Assembly (NCBI GenBank): GCA_038121125.1
Contig: JAYOMZ010000005.1
Span: 2,355-66,354 of the forward strand
From: Alphaproteobacteria bacterium
Lineage (GTDB): Bacteria > Pseudomonadota > Alphaproteobacteria > Puniceispirillales > Puniceispirillaceae
DNA length: 64,000 bases
Reading direction: 5' to 3'
Position 1 is the first letter of the stretch. Each line of letters begins with the position of its first letter. Positions 21,633 through 29,412 of this stretch are shown piece after piece. Position numbers and translations under genes: made by a program. The notes below the pieces were generated by a model. The model made no database searches. It had not been told where the DNA came from and saw only the letters and a list, made by a program, of their open reading frames with translations.

Positions 21633-21864
21633 CTTCTTCTCGTTAACTTTGCTTGTTTTTACATCATGTCTGGCGGCAGACTGATTTTTTATTTGCACCA
21701 ATTTAACGGTTTTTCTGCCTGCATCCAATATACCTTCTGCTCAAAGGGTGAAAAAACCTGTCTTGCTTTCGACTTCACTTGGTGTTTGGTCGACATCTGT
21801 GCATTCCTGCCCTATCTTAAGGGGGAGATTTGAAAATTTCCGGCCAGCACAAAAAGGAATGAAG

Positions 21865-23037
21865 ATGGCTATCATTAATCGTATCGCTGATTTTCATGAA
21901 GAAATGACAGTCTGGCGGCAAACATTGCACGCCCATCCCGAATTGGGATATGAAGAGGTCTGGACATCTGATTTTATCGCTGAAAAATTGGCCAGCTTTG
22001 GCATTGAAGTGCATCGCGGCCTTGCCAAAACAGGGGTGGTTGGCGTTTTGAAAGGCCAGAGCGATAGCGGGCGGAAAATTGCCTTGCGCGCGGATATGGA
22101 TGCCCTGCCAATGCCAGAGGCAAATGATTTCGAGCATAAATCCACCCATGAAGGGCGGATGCACGCCTGCGGACATGACGGGCATATGGCGATGCTGCTT
22201 GGGGCAGCACGCTATCTGGCAGAAACGCGGCAATTTGACGGGACAGTCTATTTTTATTTCCAGCCTGCCGAAGAAGGCGGGGCAGGCGCAAAGACCATGA
22301 TAGATGAAGGATTGTTTGAAAAATTTGACGCCGATAGCGTATGGGGGATGCATAATTGGCCAGGTCTGGAAGCCGGGCATATCGCCATATCGCATGGCGC
22401 CTGTATGGCAAGTGCTGATCATTTTCATATTTCGATACGCGGTTGTGGCAGCCATGCCGCCATGCCACATCAGGCAACCGATCCGGTTCTGGCCTCTGCG
22501 GCGATTATCCAGTCCTTGCAATCGATTGTCGCACGTCAGGCCAATCCGGTAGATAGCGCGGTTGTATCGGTTACAATGGTACATGGCGGCAGTGCCTTTA
22601 ATGTTATTCCGGACGAGGTGGAACTTGGCGGCACATCGCGGGCTATTCTGCCTGAAACGCGACAAAAGATAGAGCAGAATATCCGCAAAATCGTAACCTC
22701 TCTTGCAGATGCCCATGGTTGTGAGGCGGAGATAGACTGGCGGGCGGGATATCCGCCTACTATCAATCACCGCGCAGAAGCAGACCGCGCTGCAGAAATT
22801 GCAGCCGGGGTTGTGGGTGCAGAAAAACTGCATATGGATTTACCCCCATCTATGGCAGCAGAAGATTTTGCCTTTATGCTGGAGGCCAAAAAGGGCGCCT
22901 ATATCTGGCTGGGGGCAGGGCCTGCCCGGGAAGGCAAGATGCTGCATAATACCGGCTATGATTTTAATGATATGATATTGCCTGTTGGTACCAGCTATTG
23001 GGTAAAGCTGGTGGAAAGCGAGCTGGCAATCCGATGA
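21865..23037 (+). CDS. M20D-family amidohydrolase (hippurate hydrolase / N-acyl-amino-acid amidohydrolase-like)
   Basis: Trimmed to the ATG at 21865 (AAGGAA upstream). RQTLHAHPELGYEE, ALRADMDALP, HACGHDGH and FQPAEEGGAGA are metal-ligand motifs of the ILR1/HipO/YxeP group. Confidence 0.85.
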   Translation: MAIINRIADFHEEMTVWRQTLHAHPELGYEEVWTSDFIAEKLASFGIEVHRGLAKTGVVGVLKGQSDSGRKIALRADMDALPMPEANDFEHKSTHEGRMHACGHDGHMAMLLGAARYLAETRQFDGTVYFYFQPAEEGGAGAKTMIDEGLFEKFDADSVWGMHNWPGLEAGHIAISHGACMASADHFHISIRGCGSHAAMPHQATDPVLASAAIIQSLQSIVARQANPVDSAVVSVTMVHGGSAFNVIPDEVELGGTSRAILPETRQKIEQNIRKIVTSLADAHGCEAEIDWRAGYPPTINHRAEADRAAEIAAGVVGAEKLHMDLPPSMAAEDFAFMLEAKKGAYIWLGAGPAREGKMLHNTGYDFNDMILPVGTSYWVKLVESELAIR

Positions 23038-23324
23038 CAAAACCCCCTGCAACAGATAATAAACAGCGCCGCAAGCTGAATATTCTGGCTATTTTTATTG
23101 CTGCAATAGCCCTTGTCGGTGCCTGTCTTGGCAGTGTTTATGTCTGGGAAAAAATGGGACAGGTGGCGCTGGGTCTGCATGGCTGGCTGGCCTTGATAGC
23201 CGGGGCAGCCGGGACGATTATTTTAGGATGCGGGCTCATGGCGCTCAGCTTTTATTCCAGCCGTTCCGGCCATGATGAAGATGCCTGGACAGACCCGGAA
23301 AAACATCGCGATCTGTTTAAGTAA
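23034..23324 (+). CDS. Small (96 aa) two-TM membrane protein of unknown function
   Basis: Its ATG overlaps the amidohydrolase stop (ATGA at 23034-23037). Two hydrophobic spans (LNILAIFIAAIALVGACLGSVYV; WLALIAGAAGTIILGCGLMALSF) sit between a charged N-terminus and C-terminus. No family recognised. Confidence 0.5.
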   Translation: MTKPPATDNKQRRKLNILAIFIAAIALVGACLGSVYVWEKMGQVALGLHGWLALIAGAAGTIILGCGLMALSFYSSRSGHDEDAWTDPEKHRDLFK

Positions 23325-23369
23325 AACTGAATTTTCAAATTTTTATTTTATTTCACCGCTTGACTCATT

Positions 23370-23397
23370 TAAGGGTGTTTTTATATTCTGTAAAAAG
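23370..23397 (+). promoter_or_regulatory. Candidate sigma-70-type promoter of the imuA-imuB-dnaE2 operon
   Basis: TTGACT (23370-23375), a 16-nt spacer, then TATATT (23392-23397). It is immediately upstream of the LexA box and about 70 nt upstream of the imuA ATG. Confidence 0.5.
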
Positions 23398-23406
23398 AAC
23401 AAAACA

Positions 23407-23421
23407 AGAACAAATAAAACA
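23407..23421. promoter_or_regulatory. Alphaproteobacterial-type LexA (SOS) box, GAAC-N7-GAAC direct repeat
   Basis: GAACAAAACAAGAAC, located 10 nt downstream of the putative -10 element and 48 nt upstream of imuA. It matches the GTTC-N7-GTTC / GAAC-N7-GAAC operator described for alphaproteobacterial LexA. Confidence 0.7.
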
Positions 23422-23468
23422 GGAACAGGCATATCTGAAACAGGTTCAGATATGAAAATAGACAGGCA

Positions 23469-24452
23469 ATGGCACAAGCGCGTGAGTATATTCCGGCTCG
23501 GAGGCAGACAGACAGCCATCTGGACAAGATGGGCAAAGTACCCTGTTCCATGCCTTTATCGCCAGGGGATAAATCAGATAAATTTGCCTGTTTGAAACAG
23601 AAAATCGCGGCTGAGCAGGGGAAGGGGACTGGCTGTCTTGCGACAAATATCCCCTGTTTTGATCAGGCATTATCGGGTGGCCTGGCCTATCAGCATATAC
23701 ATTTAATCACTACTGCCTATGGTGATGCGGCCGCAACAGGATTTATTCTGGCCTTGCTGCGCGCACAAATACAACAGCGCCCCAACGCACCGATTATTTG
23801 GTGCAGTCCGCGCTTTAGCGGCCAATATGGGCATTTATGTGCCGAAGGGATGTTGGCGATGGGGATAAATCCCGGCCAGATTATTTTTATACATGATCCC
23901 CATCCTGCCCGTCTGTTATCGGCCTTTGAAGAAGCGCTGCAAACCATTGGCATTGCCGGAGTGGTGGCCGAATATGGCTTGCTGGCAGAAAAATCTGATC
24001 AGTGGTTGCGCTGGGCACAACGTTTGAGGCGGGCAGCACGGGCAGGCGATAATCTGGGATTTTTACTTGGCCCGCCTGCCCCGTCTACAGGGTTTGAAAC
24101 CAGCTGGTCTGTAGCTTCTCTATCTGCACAAAAAGCCTGTCTGCAAAGCCAAAAAGACTATTTAAAAGATTGGCAGCAAAACTGGCAGCAAGACTGGCAG
24201 CAAGATTGGCGGCCACGCTGGTCGGCGCGCCTGACCAAAAGCCGTAAGGGCTATCTGGCAGAAGCCGATATTTATTACTGCCCGATATCGGGTCAGCTAT
24301 CCTTGCTGAACGATATTGCCACAGAACCGCCTGGCCAGGCTTCTTTTGCCTTGTCTGCTGCCGCTTCGGGCGCTGATTTTGAAGCCGATTTTAAAGATGG
24401 CGGGCAACCGGTATCCTGTCTGTCTTCTGATTTATCTTCTTACGCAAGCTAG
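23469..24452 (+). CDS. imuA: ImuA (SulA/RecA-fold-like SOS mutagenesis cassette protein)
   Basis: First gene of a LexA-boxed operon followed by imuB and dnaE2. Contains the characteristic FDQALSGGLAYQHIHLI segment. Alternative starts at 23529 and 23550. Longer than usual because of a WQQ[ND] repeat insert and a Ser/Ala-rich tail. Confidence 0.75.
   Translation: MAQAREYIPARRQTDSHLDKMGKVPCSMPLSPGDKSDKFACLKQKIAAEQGKGTGCLATNIPCFDQALSGGLAYQHIHLITTAYGDAAATGFILALLRAQIQQRPNAPIIWCSPRFSGQYGHLCAEGMLAMGINPGQIIFIHDPHPARLLSAFEEALQTIGIAGVVAEYGLLAEKSDQWLRWAQRLRRAARAGDNLGFLLGPPAPSTGFETSWSVASLSAQKACLQSQKDYLKDWQQNWQQDWQQDWRPRWSARLTKSRKGYLAEADIYYCPISGQLSLLNDIATEPPGQASFALSAAASGADFEADFKDGGQPVSCLSSDLSSYAS
24168..24215. 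repeat. In-frame 12-nt tandem repeat (4 units) inside imuA
   Basis: gattggcagcaa / aactggcagcaa / gactggcagcaa / gattggcggcca, encoding DWQQNWQQDWQQDWRP. Confidence 0.9.
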
Positions 24453-24461
24453 GGCAGGCAG

Positions 24462-26066
24462 ATGACAGCAGAATCTCTTGTCCATCATGGCCGGGATGCC
24501 TCTACTGGACGGCGCAAATCTGCACGGGAATATCTGTATCTGTATCTGCCGGATTTGCCTTTGCGTCAGGCCTGTATCGAAAAAGGCTGGCAGATGGAAG
24601 GGGCTATTGGCCTCTATGCCCGTCACCAGCATACAGACAGGCTTGTCTATCTCTCGTTACTGGCCAGCAAGGCAGGTCTGTCTGCTGGTATGGGGGTGGC
24701 CGATGCCAAAGCCCGTCTGCCCGATATTCGCCTGGCCGAGGTCAGGCCGGAACAGGATCGTTTCTGTCTTGAAAAGCTGGCCAGATGGGCCTGGCGCTAT
24801 AGCCCCCGAACCGGCATAGATGAAGCTGGCTGTGGTATTTGGCTGGATATGACCGGAACAAGCCATCTATATGGCGGTATCAAGCAGGTTATTGCAGATA
24901 TTTACAGACGCCTATCCTGTTTGAATATATCTGTTTATTGCGCGGCTGCCCCTTATTATTCGGCGGCACGGGCGCTGGCCTATTATCACCCTTTGGCCAG
25001 AAAGGGCGTTGTTGTGCTTTCCTCACGCCGCGCCCTGATGCAGATATTATCGGAATTTCCATTATCTGTATTATGGCTGGAAGAGGGGGTGGTTCAGGCA
25101 CTCTCGCAGGCAGGTTTGCGCCGTATCGGCCATTTACAGCCCTTATCCTATGCCCAGCTGGCTATCCGGTTTGGCCCCGAACTGGTTCAAAAATGGGCGA
25201 TGTTATCTGGCAACCGCGATGATACGCCAACCGCGATAGGATCTGTCCCGGCCTTATGGGTCAGCCATAGCTGGCCAGAACCGCTGGCCGGGCTGGAAAG
25301 CTGGCAACAGATGACAGATCAGATGATAAAAGAGATAGCGGATATGCTGTTTAAAGCTGAAATGGCTGCCAGCTGTTTCGAGCTGGGCTGGCAAGCCAGT
25401 GATGGCACAATTGGCCGGCTATATTTCAACCTGTCCCGGCCAGGGCGCAGCCGCGATATTCTGAGCCGCCTGATGGCCGGGGCAGCTGAACATATAGACG
25501 CAGAATTTGGCCTTGATTATAGCTGGCTACAGGCACATAAGCTGGCCGCAGAATTGCCGGAAACAGGCTGGCTGGGAACAGATGCATCCAGTCTGCAAAG
25601 CCGGCAAATCGACCATGTTCTGGATATTCTGGCAGCCAGGCTGGGGACAGATAAGGTACAGCGCGTTACCCATCATTCCTGCTGGCAGATAAATGACAGC
25701 ATGGTCTATCAGCCATTGGCCGATGCCCATGCAGATAAAAGCTGGGATATGGCTGTGCCTGCCCATTTAACCGCGCCGCGCCCGCTTAGATTATTTGAGC
25801 CTGCCGAGCCTGTATATGTGGTTGCATTGCTGCCTGATCACCCTCCTGCCATGCTGAGATGGCGCAGAAAAAACTGGCAGATTGTTCGGGCAACAGGCCC
25901 TGAACGCATAGGGCCGCGCTGGTGGGATGCTGATCAAAAAGGGATAAAAACCCGTGATTATTACCGCGTGGAAACAGGTGATGGCCGGCGGCTATGGGTT
26001 TACCGCGAAGGCTTGCCAGAGCGCGGTGAAACAGCCGAATGGTTTGTGCATGGGTGCTTTGCATGA
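24462..26066 (+). CDS. imuB: ImuB (Y-family DNA polymerase-like, catalytically inactive adaptor)
   Basis: 534 aa. N-terminal YLYLYLPDLPLRQ, typical of ImuB, and a UmuC-like fold region. It sits between imuA and dnaE2, and its stop overlaps the dnaE2 ATG (ATGA). Confidence 0.85.
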   Translation: MTAESLVHHGRDASTGRRKSAREYLYLYLPDLPLRQACIEKGWQMEGAIGLYARHQHTDRLVYLSLLASKAGLSAGMGVADAKARLPDIRLAEVRPEQDRFCLEKLARWAWRYSPRTGIDEAGCGIWLDMTGTSHLYGGIKQVIADIYRRLSCLNISVYCAAAPYYSAARALAYYHPLARKGVVVLSSRRALMQILSEFPLSVLWLEEGVVQALSQAGLRRIGHLQPLSYAQLAIRFGPELVQKWAMLSGNRDDTPTAIGSVPALWVSHSWPEPLAGLESWQQMTDQMIKEIADMLFKAEMAASCFELGWQASDGTIGRLYFNLSRPGRSRDILSRLMAGAAEHIDAEFGLDYSWLQAHKLAAELPETGWLGTDASSLQSRQIDHVLDILAARLGTDKVQRVTHHSCWQINDSMVYQPLADAHADKSWDMAVPAHLTAPRPLRLFEPAEPVYVVALLPDHPPAMLRWRRKNWQIVRATGPERIGPRWWDADQKGIKTRDYYRVETGDGRRLWVYREGLPERGETAEWFVHGCFA

Positions 26067-29000
26067 CCGATATATCCACCGAATATCTGCCACAAAGCGT
26101 GCTGGGCTGCCAGACCAATTTCAGCTTTTTGCGCGGGGCATCTCACCCCGAAGAGATTATGCAAACAGCCTCTATGCTGGGCTGGCAGGCTGTTGGCATA
26201 GCCGATTTATTCGGGGTTGGCGGGCTGGTGCGGGCCTGGTCAGCCAGCAAGGATATCGCCCGGGAAAATAACACGGGGGAAAATAACACGGGGGAAAATA
26301 ACACGGGGGAAAATATAGAAAATATAACAGACAGGATAGCTATTCCCCGCCTGATTTCCGGGGCAAGGATATCTCTGGTCGATGGCGGCGATATTCTGTG
26401 TTTTGTGCGCTCTGTGGATGGGTATGAATCGCTCTGCCAATGGCTGAGTGCAGCGATGATGCGCTCTGGCCATCAGCAACGCGAAAGCCCGGATTTATAT
26501 ATCAGCGATTTAGCCCGTCTTTCTGGTGATACCTGTCTGGTTGCCCTGCCGCCTGCCGCGATGGATAGCACCTGGCGTGAACAGCTGCGCAGCATGGCGC
26601 AGATAGCCAAAGGGCGGGTATATATTGGCGGATATTTGCGGCGTGATGGTTGTGACGAGCAAAGATTATATAAGCTAAAACAGCAAGCAGATACAGACGG
26701 GCTGGAACTGGTCGCACTGGGTGATGTGTTATATCATCATCCCTCGCGCCGTCCATTGGCAGATGTACTGCATTGTATTCGGGAAAAAACAAATCTGGCA
26801 CAGGCAGGGCGCGCTCTTTCGGCCAATGCCGAGCGTCATTTGCTCAGCCCCCGCGAAATGGCAAGGCGTTGGGCGGGATATACAGATGCGTTGCGGGCTG
26901 CAGATGCGCTGGCCAATCGTTGTCATTTTACGCTGGAAGATATCTGCTATGCCTATCCAGAACATGATAATAGCAAGGCTGCATATCGCCTGTCTGCTCC
27001 GAAAAAACAGCAGCGCAGCGCCTTTGAAGAGCTGGCCTATCAAACAGAAAAAGGCAGCCATAAACGCTATCCCGATGGCGTGCCGGACAAGGTACAAGCC
27101 TATTTAAAACGTGAATTGGCGCTGGTGAAAAAGCTGAATTATGCCCCTTTTTTCCTGACGGTATTTGATATTGTCAGCTTTGCCAGAAGCCGCAATATCC
27201 TGTGTCAGGGCAGAGGCTCGGCTGCGAATTCAGCCATTTGCTATTGTTTGTTTATTACCGCGGTTGACCCGGAGCGATCCGAGCCGTTATTTGAACGTTT
27301 TATCAGCGAGGCACGCGATGAGCCGCCCGATATTGATGTTGATTTTGAACATAATCGGCGCGAGGAGGTTATCCAGTATATCTATCATCGCTATGGTCGG
27401 CATCGTGCCGGGCTGGTCTCGGCGGTTATTACCTATCGCTGGCGCAGTGCGTTGGTGGAAACGGCCAAAGCCTTTGGGCTTAGCCGCGATGTACAACGCG
27501 CCCTTTCCGGCCAGGTTTGGCGCGGCAATGAAAAGGGCATTGATTATAAATCCCTGCAAGCTGCCGGGGTGGATAAACACGACCCTGCCTTAAAACAGCT
27601 ACTGATACTTACTCGCCAGCTTTACGGGTTTCCGCGCCACCTCTCGCAACATTCGGGGGGATTTGTCATTGTTCGCGACAGGCTGGATAAAATCTGTGTT
27701 ATTCGCCCGGCCGCAATGGCAGGGCGCAGTATCATTGAATGGGACAAGGATGATATTGATGCGCTGGGGCTATTGAAAATCGATGTGCTGGCTCTGGGGA
27801 TGCTTAGCTGTCTGGCAGGGGCGTTTCATTTAATGCAGCGCCATTATCATCGTCCGCTTGGTCTGGCCAGTATCCCGCCAGAAGATAAACAAACCTATGA
27901 TATGTTATGTCGCGGGGAATCTGTGGGGGTGTTTCAGGTGGAATCCCGGGCCCAGATGGCAATGCTACCGCGCCTTCAGCCGCGTTCCTTTCATGATTTG
28001 GTCGTACAGGTTGCGATTGTCCGGCCAGGCCCTATCCAGGGGGATATGGTACATCCCTATTTGCGGCGGCGTGCCGGGCTGGAATATGTCAGCTATCCTT
28101 CTGAAGAGTTGCGGGCGGTACTGGAGCGCACCCTTGGCGTCCCGCTATTTCAGGAACAGGCGATGAAAATTGCCATTGTCGGGGCTGGCTTTAGCGGGGC
28201 AGAGGCGGACAGGTTACGCCGGGCAATGGCCACTTTTCGCAAAAATGGCGATATTCATAAATTTCATGACAAGATGATAAATGGCATGGTCGCGCGCGGA
28301 TATGATGCCGATTTTGCCACAGCCTGTTTTCGCCAGATAGAAGGGTTCGGCACTTACGGATTTCCTGAATCACACGCCGCCAGCTTTGCCTTGCTGGTCT
28401 ATGCCTCTGCCTGGCTGAAATGCCATTATCCCGAGATATTTAGCTGTGCGTTGTTAAATGCCCAGCCTATGGGATTTTATCGCCCGGCTCAGCTGGTCGC
28501 TGATGCGAAAAAAAGCGGGGTCGAAGTTCGCCCTCTTGATATCAACGCCTCGGACTGGGATAGCACGCTAGAGCCAACAGCCCATGGCCGCCATGCCTTG
28601 CGTCTGGGCTTGCGCCTGGTCAAAGGGTTGCGCCAGGGCGATGCAGCGCGGATTGTTGCCTGCCGGGCAGAGGGGTATGACAGCCTGTCATCTGTCATAG
28701 GGCGGGCAGATATACCGGTAAAAGCCCTGGAAGTCATCGCTGCAGCTGACGGTCTGCAATCTCTGGGGCTGGATAGCCGGCAGACCTATTGGCATATCCG
28801 TAAAATGGGGCGCATGAAACAGGGCGATCTGCCGCTTTTTGCCTTTGCTGCAAGAGAAGATGAAGCGGATAAAAAAACAGCTGTAGAGGAAATCAAACCC
28901 GCCCCCTTGCCCATATTGGGGATAGGCGAGGCGGTCGCTCAGGATTACGCCCTGACCGGCCTGTCTTTAAAAGCCCATCCGCTGGAATTGCTGGACAGCT

Positions 29001-29407
29001 ATTTTACGCGCGATAGATGGCAGAGCTGTTCGGTTATCGGTGCGGCAAAAAATGGCCAGCGATTGCGCCTGATAGGGCTGGTAACCGCACGCCAGCGCCC
29101 GGGTACAGCAAAAGGCACAATGTTCCTCACCATCGAAGATGGTGAATTATCGGTGAATGTGATTGTCTGGCCACATATTGTGGAACGCGACCGGGCGGTA
29201 TTGCTGGGCGCGCATTTGCTGGGGGTATATGGCAAGGTGCAAAAAGAAGGGATTGTTACCCATTTCATTGCCGATGCGCTGCATAGCTGTGATCATTATC
29301 TGGGGCTGCTGCAAAACAAAACAGACCTATCAGAACGGGCAGAAAAGACAGATAAAGGCGGGGATACAGGCCGGGTGATGCGCCTGAAGAGCCGGGATTT
29401 CAGATAG
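26063..29407 (+). CDS. dnaE2: Error-prone DNA polymerase DnaE2 (ImuC)
   Basis: Trimmed to the ATG at 26063. PHP-domain start CQTNFSFLRGASHPEEI, polymerase core DIDVDFEHNRREEVIQY, GFPRHLSQHSGG, GLLKIDVLALGML, GVFQVESRAQM and RPGPIQGDMVHPY, plus a C-terminal OB fold. Confidence 0.95.
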   Translation: MTDISTEYLPQSVLGCQTNFSFLRGASHPEEIMQTASMLGWQAVGIADLFGVGGLVRAWSASKDIARENNTGENNTGENNTGENIENITDRIAIPRLISGARISLVDGGDILCFVRSVDGYESLCQWLSAAMMRSGHQQRESPDLYISDLARLSGDTCLVALPPAAMDSTWREQLRSMAQIAKGRVYIGGYLRRDGCDEQRLYKLKQQADTDGLELVALGDVLYHHPSRRPLADVLHCIREKTNLAQAGRALSANAERHLLSPREMARRWAGYTDALRAADALANRCHFTLEDICYAYPEHDNSKAAYRLSAPKKQQRSAFEELAYQTEKGSHKRYPDGVPDKVQAYLKRELALVKKLNYAPFFLTVFDIVSFARSRNILCQGRGSAANSAICYCLFITAVDPERSEPLFERFISEARDEPPDIDVDFEHNRREEVIQYIYHRYGRHRAGLVSAVITYRWRSALVETAKAFGLSRDVQRALSGQVWRGNEKGIDYKSLQAAGVDKHDPALKQLLILTRQLYGFPRHLSQHSGGFVIVRDRLDKICVIRPAAMAGRSIIEWDKDDIDALGLLKIDVLALGMLSCLAGAFHLMQRHYHRPLGLASIPPEDKQTYDMLCRGESVGVFQVESRAQMAMLPRLQPRSFHDLVVQVAIVRPGPIQGDMVHPYLRRRAGLEYVSYPSEELRAVLERTLGVPLFQEQAMKIAIVGAGFSGAEADRLRRAMATFRKNGDIHKFHDKMINGMVARGYDADFATACFRQIEGFGTYGFPESHAASFALLVYASAWLKCHYPEIFSCALLNAQPMGFYRPAQLVADAKKSGVEVRPLDINASDWDSTLEPTAHGRHALRLGLRLVKGLRQGDAARIVACRAEGYDSLSSVIGRADIPVKALEVIAAADGLQSLGLDSRQTYWHIRKMGRMKQGDLPLFAFAAREDEADKKTAVEEIKPAPLPILGIGEAVAQDYALTGLSLKAHPLELLDSYFTRDRWQSCSVIGAAKNGQRLRLIGLVTARQRPGTAKGTMFLTIEDGELSVNVIVWPHIVERDRAVLLGAHLLGVYGKVQKEGIVTHFIADALHSCDHYLGLLQNKTDLSERAEKTDKGGDTGRVMRLKSRDFR
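26262..26326. repeat. In-frame 15-nt tandem repeat (3.6 perfect units) plus an adjacent 9-nt duplication inside dnaE2
   Basis: gggaaaataacacgg occurs 3 times exactly (26262-26306), followed by the partial unit gggaaaata. gaaaatata occurs twice (26309-26326). Together they encode ENNTGENNTGENNTGENIENI. Confidence 0.95.
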
Positions 29408-29412
29408 GAATA

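Noticed and set aside
21817-22833. A 338-aa ORF antisense to the M20D amidohydrolase gene, the longest unexplained ORF in the track.
   Set aside because: It is Cys/His/Arg-rich with no protein-like motifs. It fully overlaps a well-supported gene in the opposite frame and looks like a stop-poor antisense frame rather than a gene.
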